Source: Candidatus Microgenomates bacterium (GTDB lineage: Bacteria; Patescibacteriota; Microgenomatia; UBA8517). From it: DNA of 64,000 nt. How positions within the stretch are numbered: position 1 is the stretch's first letter; the number at the start of each line of letters is the position of its first letter. Location: positions 82,095-146,094 of the forward strand of contig JBEKNE010000001.1 in NCBI GenBank assembly GCA_049523135.1. The letters run 5' to 3'. The notes under the pieces were generated by a model. It made no database searches. It was not told where the DNA came from and was given only the letters and a program-made list of their open reading frames with translations. Positions 27,545 through 37,243 of this stretch are shown here, one piece after another. A program made the translations under genes and the position numbers.

Positions 27545-29367
27545 AAATCTTTAAATCAAAGACAACAACCAACCAAACATTAAATCCCCAGCCTTTACAA
27601 CCCGAGGTTAAACCGGGAATTACTTCCGCTTCTCTGGCGGTAAGCCGTGGTATGAAACTTTTGGATGTAATCGCTCCGCAATCAATCGAAACAGATTTTG
27701 ACTACATAAAAATTAATGATATTTATTTCAGAACAATATTTGTCGGGGGTTACCCCAGATTTGTTGCCCCCGGCTGGCTTGAACCTGTAATTAATATTGA
27801 TACTTCCCTTGATATTGCTTTTTATGTTTATCCCGTTGATGGTAAAACAGTACTCGATGACCTCAGACGTAAGATTGCCGAAATGGAGGCTGAAATGTCA
27901 ACGGATATTGAGCGCGGAAAAATAGTTGATCCTTCAACACAAGCAAAACTTGAGGATGCAAGAAGTCTTCAGGAACAACTCGTAAAAGGAATTGAAAGAT
28001 TTTATGAGTTCTCCTTTTACATAACTATACCAGCGAACTCGCTCGAAGAGTTGAATCAGATTACCAAACAGGTGGAATCCCAACTTGGGTCCCTTCTGAT
28101 TGTCAGCAAGCACGCCATGCTGGATATGGAAGATGGATTTTTGTCTACGGCCCCTTTCGGAATGGACAGACTCAATATCACAAGAAACATGGACACAACT
28201 TCCGTCGCTACAACTTTTCCTTTGACTTCAACCGAGCTTTCAAGCGACCGCGGTGTTTTGTACGGCATTAATTCTCAAAACGAATCGTTTATTATTTTTG
28301 ACCGCTTCAGTTTGGAAAATGCAAACATGACTATTTTTGCGACAAGCGGGGCCGGAAAATCATACTTCGTAAAACTCGAGGCACTAAGAAGTCTAATGGT
28401 TGGTGTGGAAGCAATTGTAATTGACCCCGAAAGCGAATATAAGTCCCTCGCAACTGCGGTCGGGGGTGAGTTTATTTCTTTTTCCTATAATTCTCCCGCC
28501 AAAATTAATCCTTTTGACCTTTCCCAAATCAGGGAGGAGGGAGAAAACCAACTGGGTCTTAAAATTCTTTCTCTCCACTCTCTAATGAAAGTAATCATGG
28601 GTGCAATTACTCCAACACAGGAAGCGCTTCTCGATCGAGCCCTTATCATGACTTACAGAGCCAAAGGAATAACCATGGACCCCGATACTCAAGGAAAAGA
28701 ACCCCCCCTCATGGAAGATCTTTATAAAACACTAATCGGAATGGAGGTACCTGACGCACTTGACCTTGCGGCCCGAATTGAAAAATTTGTCAGGGGAAGT
28801 TTTGTGGGAATTTTTGATAAGCAAACAAACATCAATATTACAAACCCCTTTACGGTTTTTTCGGTCAAAGATTTGGAGGACACGCTTCGCCCCATCGCCA
28901 TGTTTATTATCCTTGACTACATTTGGACAAGGATTAAAAAAGATATGAAGAAAAGAATTCTAATAGTGGATGAGGCGTGGACAATGATGAGATATCCGGA
29001 TACGGCGCAATTTCTTTGGAGTGTTGTCAAGAGGTCCCGTAAATACTATCTGGGACTCACTACGATCACCCAGGACGTCGAAGACTTCCTAAGTCAGGAC
29101 ATTGGAAAGGCCATCGTCACAAACAGCGCTATGCAGGTCCTGCTGAAGCAGTCTCCGGCCGCAATAGACAAAATCGGCGAGGTCTTTTATCTCTCTCAGG
29201 GAGAAAAGCGACTACTCCTCGCCGCCAATGTCGGAGAAGGAATATTTTTTGCGGGGCCCCACCACGCCCCTATTAGGGTTGTTGCCTCTGAAGAAGAAAA
29301 TAGATTAATTACAACCAAGCCGCAGGAAGTAATTAAGGTTTCGACAAACCCTTACCAAGTAAAATAA
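27541..29367 (+). CDS. virB4: VirB4/TraC/CagE-family conjugative ATPase
   Basis: Walker A ...IFATSGAGKSYFVK.... Walker B ...RILIVDEAWTMM.... The N-terminal region DFDYIKINDIYFRTIFVGGYPRFV is typical of the family. Confidence 0.85.
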   Translation: MKIFKSKTTTNQTLNPQPLQPEVKPGITSASLAVSRGMKLLDVIAPQSIETDFDYIKINDIYFRTIFVGGYPRFVAPGWLEPVINIDTSLDIAFYVYPVDGKTVLDDLRRKIAEMEAEMSTDIERGKIVDPSTQAKLEDARSLQEQLVKGIERFYEFSFYITIPANSLEELNQITKQVESQLGSLLIVSKHAMLDMEDGFLSTAPFGMDRLNITRNMDTTSVATTFPLTSTELSSDRGVLYGINSQNESFIIFDRFSLENANMTIFATSGAGKSYFVKLEALRSLMVGVEAIVIDPESEYKSLATAVGGEFISFSYNSPAKINPFDLSQIREEGENQLGLKILSLHSLMKVIMGAITPTQEALLDRALIMTYRAKGITMDPDTQGKEPPLMEDLYKTLIGMEVPDALDLAARIEKFVRGSFVGIFDKQTNINITNPFTVFSVKDLEDTLRPIAMFIILDYIWTRIKKDMKKRILIVDEAWTMMRYPDTAQFLWSVVKRSRKYYLGLTTITQDVEDFLSQDIGKAIVTNSAMQVLLKQSPAAIDKIGEVFYLSQGEKRLLLAANVGEGIFFAGPHHAPIRVVASEEENRLITTKPQEVIKVSTNPYQVK

Positions 29368-29368
29368 C

Positions 29369-31720
29369 ATGGCAAATAAGATCAGCCTTACCCAAGAAAA
29401 TATTAAGTATATAAGAGATGCTTTTTCGCATTTCTTTCCGGAGGATATAATTTATTCTGCAGACAAACCGTATGTTTCGGGCGAATTTAACTGGAACAAT
29501 CGGAGAGGTTTTATAAATTTTGTCTACCGACTCACTGGCGTCGAAATTAAATCGGAAAAAGATTTCGGAAACATCAAAAAGGCTCAGCTCGCCGTTGAAG
29601 ATCTGGTTGAAACAACCGAATCGGAAGAAAAAGTTACTTCAAATGTTCCCGAAAAAGGTTTAAGGGAAGAGCAGGAAGTTGAAAGACAAAGAAGAGAAGC
29701 GGCACTCAAAGAATCTACAGAAAGTGCCAAGAAAAACATTGAGGCATCCATTAAAAGGCAACAACAACTTGCCGAGGAACTGAAAAACAAAAAAGTTTAT
29801 GTAAAAGCCGAGGCTCCAAAGACCACAGAGTTAATTAACGAGGAACAAAACTCCATCGACACTCTCAAAAAAGCTGCTGAGGCGGATCCGAAAAGGTTGG
29901 TCGATCAAATTACTGGCGAAATTGAAAAGAGAATTGCTTCTTCAAATCCGCAGGCAGATCCAAAGGAGGTTCATCTCCTGGCAGAACAGGCGGCGTACGA
30001 TACCGTTAAAAATCTTCAAGGTCAATCTTTAGCGCAGGAGGCTGTAATTTCAAACGCAGTTGCAAAAGGCAATGTCGCCGTCACCAAAATAGTTACTAAG
30101 GAAGGCCAATCTACTCTTCAACAAGCCGCCTCGGATGTCAAAAACCAGCAAATTTTGGAATATACAGTAAGCAGGGATCTTGCTTCTTCTACTTTTGGAG
30201 AAAATTTTGCAAGCAACGTCTTCGGTCCAAAAAAACTTGATGATTTTCGAATTGAATTTTCAAGTAAGCCAAACACCGGTTTTGTCTCCTATGATCTATC
30301 ACAAATTCCCAACAATTTTTCCGCATCACTTGGTGATCAGGGAAATTTTCTGGGGAGTATAAAGGATTTTGGGGTAGGAAAAATAAAATCTCAGTTTTTA
30401 GAACAGGCTTCCATTAGACTCGAGGGGTGGATCGGACAACTTCCGTCCAACAGTTTTCTGGCTCAGACCTACAACAATGAATTAGTTCAAGGTGCTTTAT
30501 CCTATTTCGGCTTGGGAGGATCTTCTGTTGCATGGGAAGGAACAACTTTTTTTGGAAGACTGGCTGTAGATAACGGCTTTGGGCCAATTATTGGGTGGCT
30601 GGGTGAAAAAACAGGAATTGATTTTGGCATCGCCAGTGTTGCAACAGATATAGGGGGAGAGATTGTTGGAAGTGGTCTGACAGGTGAAGCTGCCGCAAGT
30701 TTGGTTGCAGGTGAAACTGCAGCAACCTTAACAGGAGAGGTTGCAGCCGTTGCCGGAGGAGAAGCCGCAGGAGCTGCAGTTGGTACAGCAATTGTCCCCA
30801 TCCCCATTATAGGAACCATTGTTGGAGCTGTTGTTGGTTGGCTGGCAAGCAAAATTGACTGGCAGAAAGTCGGTCCATTTCTTGTCGGAGCAGTTGTAGG
30901 GTTAGGTGTCGGCATTGTTGCCGGGTTGGGAGTAGGAATAGCTGCGGGTGTTGGGGCGGGCCTTTTGACCTCCGGAATTACCGGCGGATTGCCTAGCCTG
31001 TCCTCAATAGGATCGGGTATTGCGGGTTTTACCACAGCTCTGGCTAGTGCCATGGTTGCCGCAATTGGAATTCCAATACTTGTTACACTTCTCGTCTTTC
31101 CTGTGGTTGTTGCCCTAATTCTTTTTATAATTAACTCCGGAGCCTATGTTGTTCCAACAACAGGTATAGCTAACGTTACTTGTAATATAGACCAAAGTAG
31201 CGGACAGACATCTCAAACATACAAAAGCACCGCGGCTAATGCTGCCGTCTGTATAGTCTCATACCTCAATGAGTTTGGTCTTAACCCACTCTTAGTAGGC
31301 TTGCTTGATACTCCATCTTGGCAAAATCTAGTAAAAGCTCTTCCTGCACCCGCTCTTGAGGCACTTCAAATTTCGGCGCCTGTTGATGGACATCTTCAAT
31401 GTGTTGGATTCGCTGCTGCAACTGCCGGTTGGGCTTATGGCCAAGCCTTTGGCCAAATAAACGCCTGTTCTTATATTAATAATCCGCCGGCCGGATATAG
31501 TTATGTCTCCGGAACTACAGGAATTCAATCCGGAGATTTTTTCCTTATAAATGGTTCACATGGGTGCAGCGCAAGTTCACCGGGGCATATTGGTGTAGTA
31601 ATATCGGTAGACGGGGCACTTATCAGTTGTGCGGATGCAAACATGATTGGACCGGGAGAAACGCGCGTCGCAAATGGGTGTTTTGCATTATCCCAACTGA
31701 CGGGGTATCTGAGAAGATAA
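29369..31720 (+). CDS. coiled-coil / Gly-Ala-rich membrane protein with C-terminal CHAP-domain peptidoglycan hydrolase (PrgK/TcpG-like)
   Basis: The C-terminus reads ...QCVGFAAATAGWAYGQAFG...GHIGVVISVDG..., carrying the Cys/His of a CHAP domain. The central region is rich in G/A/V and hydrophobic. Confidence 0.6.
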   Translation: MANKISLTQENIKYIRDAFSHFFPEDIIYSADKPYVSGEFNWNNRRGFINFVYRLTGVEIKSEKDFGNIKKAQLAVEDLVETTESEEKVTSNVPEKGLREEQEVERQRREAALKESTESAKKNIEASIKRQQQLAEELKNKKVYVKAEAPKTTELINEEQNSIDTLKKAAEADPKRLVDQITGEIEKRIASSNPQADPKEVHLLAEQAAYDTVKNLQGQSLAQEAVISNAVAKGNVAVTKIVTKEGQSTLQQAASDVKNQQILEYTVSRDLASSTFGENFASNVFGPKKLDDFRIEFSSKPNTGFVSYDLSQIPNNFSASLGDQGNFLGSIKDFGVGKIKSQFLEQASIRLEGWIGQLPSNSFLAQTYNNELVQGALSYFGLGGSSVAWEGTTFFGRLAVDNGFGPIIGWLGEKTGIDFGIASVATDIGGEIVGSGLTGEAAASLVAGETAATLTGEVAAVAGGEAAGAAVGTAIVPIPIIGTIVGAVVGWLASKIDWQKVGPFLVGAVVGLGVGIVAGLGVGIAAGVGAGLLTSGITGGLPSLSSIGSGIAGFTTALASAMVAAIGIPILVTLLVFPVVVALILFIINSGAYVVPTTGIANVTCNIDQSSGQTSQTYKSTAANAAVCIVSYLNEFGLNPLLVGLLDTPSWQNLVKALPAPALEALQISAPVDGHLQCVGFAAATAGWAYGQAFGQINACSYINNPPAGYSYVSGTTGIQSGDFFLINGSHGCSASSPGHIGVVISVDGALISCADANMIGPGETRVANGCFALSQLTGYLRR

Positions 31721-31730
31721 AAGTAGTAAA

Positions 31731-32366
31731 ATGAAAAATATCAAACCAAAATTTAAAATTGTAGGGATAATAGCCGTTGTTTTTATTATTCTCGCTATTA
31801 CTCTTATCTATGCTTTGCAAAAAAACAAAACCACGACATCAATACCAATTGCCATAACAGATTCCACACCAAAAGACGGCGCTTCCGGGGTTAGTGTTTT
31901 TGATCCAATCACCATTACTTTCAATCAAAAAGTTGATTCGTCTACCTTTACAGTTTCCTCCGACCCGTCAGAAAATTGGACTATTTCACAAACCACACCA
32001 AGTACTATTAAGTTAGACCATCAACTCTATCTGGAAGTTTCTACCACATATAAATTAACAGTCTTGCAAAACGATAATGTTGTTGGAACAATAACTTTCG
32101 AAACAGAAAACGAACAAAACGATCCCCGCCAGCTGCAAAATTTACAATCCGAGCTAAACAAAGATTATCCTTTGGCTTCACTCACACCCTACGAAACTTC
32201 CAATTTTCGTGTTGTCTATACAGCACCCTTAACGCTGGGGATAACCCTTAAAGGCTCCACAGAAGCACAAGATGCAATTTTACAAGTAGAATCTTGGGTA
32301 GAATCGAATGGTATCGATCCGGGAACACATAAATACATTATAATTGCCGCTTCCCCTACTCCTTAA
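31731..32366 (+). CDS. hypothetical membrane-anchored secreted protein (Ig-like fold likely)
   Basis: N-terminal TM IVGIIAVVFIILAITLIYAL, then a beta-rich sequence. Confidence 0.4.
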   Translation: MKNIKPKFKIVGIIAVVFIILAITLIYALQKNKTTTSIPIAITDSTPKDGASGVSVFDPITITFNQKVDSSTFTVSSDPSENWTISQTTPSTIKLDHQLYLEVSTTYKLTVLQNDNVVGTITFETENEQNDPRQLQNLQSELNKDYPLASLTPYETSNFRVVYTAPLTLGITLKGSTEAQDAILQVESWVESNGIDPGTHKYIIIAASPTP

Positions 32367-33478
32367 ATCTTTACCGGCATAATTAGATGAAGATAATTTG
32401 GATCTATTGAATCGGTAAAGACTCCCGGTGAAGCAACTCCCGAAAACTCCATTTTAATTTCTTCTCCCGTTACAGAGTGTAAAAAATCTTCAAGAAAACG
32501 ATAATTGAAGGCTATTTCAAATCCCTCTTCGGGAATCGACCCTTCAATTTTTGCATCGACTTTCGTATCCTGGCTTCCCGCCGCGCTACTTTCTGCGGAA
32601 ACTTTAATGGAATCTTTTAATATTTTAATTTTTACGACATTTGCAGACTCCCTGGCAAATATAGAGGCAAGTTTAACGGCTCTTAAAAGCTCTTCTTTAT
32701 CCAGTAAAACTTTTATATTTGAACTTTTAGGAATTATCTTCTCAAAATCCGGGTATTCGCCCTCCAAAAGCCTGGATGTCAAAATTGTGTCCCCTATTCC
32801 AAAAATTACCTGCTTCTCTTTTTCCTGCAAACCGAAAAGTATTTCCTCTCCTCCGAAAACTCCTCTTGAAAATTCCCCTAGAATTCCTTTTGGAATAATA
32901 ACGCTTTTTACTGATATGTCCCCCACTTTGACAGGAATAGTTTTTCTTGAGAGTCGGAAGCCGTCGGTTGAAATTAAAGATAAAGAATTTTTTGCAAAGA
33001 TAAAAAGAACTCCTGTTAAAATCGGCCTTGTTTCATCTACTGATGTAGCAAAAACAACCTGGCTTAAAGCTTTTACCAGTTCGTCTTTGGAAAAAGTGAT
33101 AGCCTTTTCCTTACTTATGCTGCTTGGAATTTTGGGGAAATCGGTGGAATCCATTCCCAAGACTGTTGATGAAAAACCTGAAGTTGAAACTTTCAATTGC
33201 TCTTTTTCGGCTACAAGAGTTATTGTTTCCTTGGGCAAATTTGCAACGAGTTCGGATATAACTTTTGCCGGAATACTTATTTCTCCTTCTTCTTCTATTT
33301 TAGCTCCCACTTGAACAGATGCTGATATTTCCAAATTTGTCGATGAAATATAAATTTTACTTTTTTGGGTAGAAATAAGAATATTTCCAAGAATTGGAAG
33401 TTGAGCTTTTGCACTGGCAAAACGTGCTGTTATATTTACTGCGTTTTCGAGATTTTCCTGAAGTATTTGGAATTTCAT
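32363..33478 (-). CDS. dnaN: DNA polymerase III beta subunit (sliding clamp)
   Basis: 371 aa: MKFQILQENLENAVNITARFAS...ETRPILTGVLF... Located downstream of dnaA. Confidence 0.85.
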   Translation of the reverse strand: MKFQILQENLENAVNITARFASAKAQLPILGNILISTQKSKIYISSTNLEISASVQVGAKIEEEGEISIPAKVISELVANLPKETITLVAEKEQLKVSTSGFSSTVLGMDSTDFPKIPSSISKEKAITFSKDELVKALSQVVFATSVDETRPILTGVLFIFAKNSLSLISTDGFRLSRKTIPVKVGDISVKSVIIPKGILGEFSRGVFGGEEILFGLQEKEKQVIFGIGDTILTSRLLEGEYPDFEKIIPKSSNIKVLLDKEELLRAVKLASIFARESANVVKIKILKDSIKVSAESSAAGSQDTKVDAKIEGSIPEEGFEIAFNYRFLEDFLHSVTGEEIKMEFSGVASPGVFTDSIDPNYLHLIMPVKI

Positions 33479-33695
33479 AATATTTCCTTTTTTGCTGTTT
33501 ACCGTTCTCTCTTTATTATCATATATTAACTAGTAGTTCTAGTAGTAGGTGGTGTTGATAAGTTGAGAACTTTCCGTTTTTGATTATAATCTTCGGGCCA
33601 TATTCGTGTTCATAATACGCACAAGTAATTGTTGATAAATTTGTGGATAAAGTCACTCTCTGTGTTGATAAGTACATAAGTAAATATAATTATCC
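33479..33695. promoter_or_regulatory. DnaA-box cluster between dnaA and dnaN (oriC component)
   Basis: tgttgataa at 33554-33562, 33630-33638 and 33663-33671. tgtggataa (rc TTATCCACA) at 33642-33650. ttatcctca at 33690-33698. The region is AT-rich. Confidence 0.55.
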
Positions 33696-35054
33696 TCAAA
33701 TCACACTTTTTATCTTCAAGATATCCTCACGCATTTGCACATCCTCTGTGGCCAATTGGGTAATTTTTTCCACAGCGTGCATAACCGTTGTATGATCCCT
33801 TCCTCCAACTACCCTACCGATTTCTTCAAGCGGGACTCCAAGTTGTGTCCGGAGAAGATACATAAGCACTTGTCTGGGTCTGGCAATGGGTCTTGCACGG
33901 CTATCACCCAAAAGCAATCTTTTGCCAACTTGGTAGTATTTGGATACAGCTTCTGTAACTTGTTCCGGGGAACTTCTGGTAATTTTCCCTGCTTCAAAGT
34001 TTTTTGCGAACAGAGATTCGATAAGCTCGTTGGTTACAACAACTTTTTTGACATGGATCTCCGTCAGGATTTTAGTAAGAATCCCCTCAATTTTTCTGGC
34101 AGACTCGGAATTTGCCGCAATCATTTGTGCCTGTTCGGAAGTCAGATCTACTCCTTTTTCCTTTGCTTTAATTTGAGTAATTGCAGACCTGAGTTCAAAA
34201 TCGGGTGGGGCGATGTCAACAATTAACCCGGCTTCAAACCTGCTGCGAAGCCTTTCTTCAAGTTTTGATATTTCAGAAGGAGGTCTATCTGAAGTTAAAA
34301 TAATTTGACCGCCGACCGATGTAACGGCATTAAAAGTATGGAAAAACTCTTCCTGAACGGTATCTTTGCCGGCAATAAACTGAATATCGTCAATTAAGAG
34401 AAGATCAAGTTTTCTGTATTTATTTCTGAAAGCCTGTGTGGTTTTATTCCTGATCCCTTCAACAATATCGTTTGTAAAATCTTCCCCCGTGCAAAAGAAT
34501 ACTTTTTTATCAGGATCTTTCTTAAGAATATAATTTCCGACGGCCGCCATAAGATGGGTTTTACCGACCCCTACCCCACCCCAAACAAAAAGCGGGTTAT
34601 ATGCGCTTCCCAGACTTTGGGAAACAGCTTCGGCTGCTGCATGAGCCATTTGATTACTTGAAGAAACGGCAAAGTTTTCAAAAGTGAAACTTGGCCTTAG
34701 ACGTGCCCTTTGCAAAATTTCAAGTATGTGATTATCTTCTTTTTCGGTTGAAAAGAGGGGCGCTGAAATTTCCGATATTTCCTTTATGCTTTTCGGGTTT
34801 GCTTTAACAATAAAGGTCAGATCGCATTTTTTGCCGACAACCTTACTAAGTGAATCCTGAATGAGGCCGAAATATCTGGATTCAATTGTATTTTTGGCAA
34901 ACGAGGTCGGACATCCAACTTCTGCATTTGTTTTATCGGATAGTGTTTCGAGGTTGGCTAAGTGTGTTTGTGAAAACCATGTTGAAAAAATAGCCGGTGA
35001 GACAGAAACCTTTATTATTTCAAGCGAGTCTTTCCAAACCTGTTCATTATTCAT
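33696..35054 (-). CDS. dnaA: chromosomal replication initiator DnaA
   Basis: Walker A ...GGVGVGKTHLMAAVG..., ...LLIDDIQFIAGK..., and a C-terminal DnaA DNA-binding domain. Confidence 0.9.
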   Translation of the reverse strand: MNNEQVWKDSLEIIKVSVSPAIFSTWFSQTHLANLETLSDKTNAEVGCPTSFAKNTIESRYFGLIQDSLSKVVGKKCDLTFIVKANPKSIKEISEISAPLFSTEKEDNHILEILQRARLRPSFTFENFAVSSSNQMAHAAAEAVSQSLGSAYNPLFVWGGVGVGKTHLMAAVGNYILKKDPDKKVFFCTGEDFTNDIVEGIRNKTTQAFRNKYRKLDLLLIDDIQFIAGKDTVQEEFFHTFNAVTSVGGQIILTSDRPPSEISKLEERLRSRFEAGLIVDIAPPDFELRSAITQIKAKEKGVDLTSEQAQMIAANSESARKIEGILTKILTEIHVKKVVVTNELIESLFAKNFEAGKITRSSPEQVTEAVSKYYQVGKRLLLGDSRARPIARPRQVLMYLLRTQLGVPLEEIGRVVGGRDHTTVMHAVEKITQLATEDVQMREDILKIKSVI

Positions 35055-35201
35055 AATAGAATCTCTAAAAGATGGGGCAGACAGCAGAAGTTATACCAAA
35101 CTTCTAAATAGTTTATAATTAGTACTTTTAATAAGTTATCCACAATTCGTCAAGGGCCAATTATTGCCATTATCCTTAGGTTTCTGTATAATGTCTTTCA
35201 T
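35055..35201. promoter_or_regulatory. dnaA upstream region with consensus DnaA box (oriC component) and rpmH promoter
   Basis: Perfect TTATCCACA at 35136-35144. ttatcctta at 35168-35176. Extended -10 TGtTATAAT at 35185-35192, immediately upstream of rpmH. Confidence 0.5.
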
Positions 35202-35342
35202 ATGAGCACGAAACGTACATATCAGCCAAGCAAAATAAAACGAGTAAGAACACATGGTTTCAGGAAAAGAATGTGTTCTAAAAAAGGGAGAATGGTATTG
35301 AAAAGACGAAGAGATAAAGGAAGAAAGAGTCTTTCTGTCTAG
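35202..35342 (+). CDS. rpmH: ribosomal protein L34
   Basis: [46 protein letters not shown]. It is under 60 aa, so it is absent from the ORF track. Confidence 0.85.
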   Translation: MSTKRTYQPSKIKRVRTHGFRKRMCSKKGRMVLKRRRDKGRKSLSV

Positions 35343-35354
35343 TTGACCTCAAAA

Positions 35355-35699
35355 ATGCTTGCTAAGAAATTTAGACTTACCGGTGCAAATGATTTTGCCA
35401 AAGTGCAGAGTGATGGCAAAGTTTATCAGTCTGCAAATTTTGGAATTGCATATCTACCGAGAGGGGATCAGGATGCCAGCAGGTTTGCCTTTATTGTTTC
35501 CACAAAAATAGCTAAGGATGCTGTTGACAGAAACCGTTTCAGAAGAGCCATGAGTGAATCCGTCAGGCTAAATAGCATCAGTTTAATTCCGGGATTTGAT
35601 GTTGTTTTTCTGGCCAAGACTTCTATAGCCCGGGTTTCAACTGCCGAAATAATGAAAGAGGTGAGAGAGTCGCTTAAACAAGCGGGTCTATTAATATGA
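35355..35699 (+). CDS. rnpA: RNase P protein component
   Basis: [26 protein letters not shown]...[13 protein letters not shown]. The ORF track starts at upstream TTG 35343. Confidence 0.8.
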   Translation: MLAKKFRLTGANDFAKVQSDGKVYQSANFGIAYLPRGDQDASRFAFIVSTKIAKDAVDRNRFRRAMSESVRLNSISLIPGFDVVFLAKTSIARVSTAEIMKEVRESLKQAGLLI

Positions 35700-35932
35700 A
35701 AAAAAGCTTGATAGGACTATTAAAAATCTACAAAAATTTTATTTCACCCATAGCCGAAAGAGTCCTCGGGGGGGCGTGCAGGTTTACTCCAACCTGTTCG
35801 GAGTATACAATTGAGGCCTTGGAAAAATACGGCATAGGCAAGGGTTTGGCAATGGGATTAAAAAGACTTAGCAGATGTCACCCTTGGGGAGGGTCGGGTT
35901 TTGATCCGGTACCAAACATTATAAATAAATAA
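35696..35932 (+). CDS. yidD: membrane protein insertion efficiency factor YidD
   Basis: ...[31 protein letters not shown]... Confidence 0.8.
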   Translation: MKKSLIGLLKIYKNFISPIAERVLGGACRFTPTCSEYTIEALEKYGIGKGLAMGLKRLSRCHPWGGSGFDPVPNIINK

Positions 35933-35937
35933 TTAAA

Positions 35938-36768
35938 ATGATAATTCCTATTCTCACACCATTGCTTTTAAATGGTTTAATATTGTTTTATAAAATTTTA
36001 GGTGAAAATCTCGGTGTGGCTATTATAGTGTTTAGTTTGGTCCTCGTTTTTCTAATGAAACCCCTCACGAAACCCTATATGCAATCGATGAAGAAAATCC
36101 GCGAACTTGAACCCCAACTTGCGAAGCTCAGAAAAAAATTCGGCAAGGACAAAATGAAGATGTCTCAGGCTCAGGCTGAACTTTATAAACAAAATAAAAT
36201 TAATCCAATGGCGGGATGCCTCCCGTACATATTGCAATTTGTCATCCTAATTGCGCTTTTTGGTGTATTTACGACAACTTTTCCTAAAAACGTGAACGTT
36301 GCAGCTATTACAGCCGATCTTAATAAACGTCTTTATACCCCCCTACAATTTTCACAAGGTCAAATTTTAAATACAAAATTTTTATATTTGGATATTTCTC
36401 AACCGGATAAACTTAATAGATTAATTCCAGGTATACCTGATTTTATTCCTGGAATTTTTGTAATTTTGGCAACTTTGGGACAGTTTTTGTCCGTTAAGAT
36501 TATGGCTCCGTATCTTTCGGAAGAAGAAAAAATAGCCAAAAAAACAAAATCTGAAGCAGACGATATACAGGTTGCCATGCAAAGCTCAATGACATATACA
36601 TTGCCTTTGATGACTCTTTATTTTGGTTTGCAATTTCAATCTGGACTAGCTATATACTGGCTGGTGTTTTCTATAGTTAACGTTTGGCAGCAAGTTTCTA
36701 TGTCTGGATGGGGGAGTTTGACGCCGACGGTAAATCTGGTAAAATCTAAGCTCACAATTAAAAAGTAA
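35938..36768 (+). CDS. yidC: membrane insertase YidC/Oxa1 family (short form)
   Basis: 276 aa, multi-TM. It has the conserved gene order rnpA-yidD-yidC-jag. Confidence 0.8.
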   Translation: MIIPILTPLLLNGLILFYKILGENLGVAIIVFSLVLVFLMKPLTKPYMQSMKKIRELEPQLAKLRKKFGKDKMKMSQAQAELYKQNKINPMAGCLPYILQFVILIALFGVFTTTFPKNVNVAAITADLNKRLYTPLQFSQGQILNTKFLYLDISQPDKLNRLIPGIPDFIPGIFVILATLGQFLSVKIMAPYLSEEEKIAKKTKSEADDIQVAMQSSMTYTLPLMTLYFGLQFQSGLAIYWLVFSIVNVWQQVSMSGWGSLTPTVNLVKSKLTIKK

Positions 36769-36781
36769 GTTCAAAATAAAT

Positions 36782-37243
36782 ATGAAAGAAAAAACAGAGA
36801 CACTTCAAAAACTGGCGGAGAAACTATTTTCACTAATGGCTACAAAAGCTAAGGTTTCGGTTGATTATGATAAAGAAAACACGGTCTTTGTTGTTAATGT
36901 TGAGGCGGGAGACGAAACAGGACTCCTTATCGGCAAGAAGGGGGAAACCTTATCGAGTATACAAACAGTACTGGGAATCCTTTTTAAGCAAAAAACAGGG
37001 GAGTGGAATAGGGTTGTTGTGAATGTAGGGGATTACCGCGAGAAGGAGGAAGATTATCTTAAGAATTTGGCGACTTCTACTGCAGAGCGGGCAGTAGAAA
37101 CCGGAGATTCCCAAAATCTTTATAACTTAAAAGCCTGGCAGAGGAGAATCATTCATATGGCTCTTTCTGAAAACAAAGACGTTACCACAGAATCCGAGGG
37201 AGAAGGTGAGGAAAGGTTTTTAATTATTAAGCCTAAAAAGTGA
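36782..37243 (+). CDS. jag: Jag/KhpB-like RNA-binding protein (KH + R3H)
   Basis: ...VFVVNVEAGDETGLLIGKKGETLSSIQTV... (KH-like) and a C-terminal R3H-like region. Located downstream of yidC. Confidence 0.6.
   Translation: MKEKTETLQKLAEKLFSLMATKAKVSVDYDKENTVFVVNVEAGDETGLLIGKKGETLSSIQTVLGILFKQKTGEWNRVVVNVGDYREKEEDYLKNLATSTAERAVETGDSQNLYNLKAWQRRIIHMALSENKDVTTESEGEGEERFLIIKPKK

Noticed and set aside
30502-31053. 183-aa minus-strand ORF rich in Ala/Pro/Thr
   Set aside because: It is antisense to the Gly/Ala-rich repeat region of the CHAP-domain gene. This is a typical shadow ORF of GC-rich repetitive coding sequence.
32505-33314. 269-aa plus-strand ORF (Ser-rich)
   Set aside because: It is entirely antisense to dnaN. 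A shadow ORF with low-complexity composition.
33735-34226. 163-aa and smaller plus-strand ORFs
   Set aside because: They are antisense to dnaA. Shadow ORFs.
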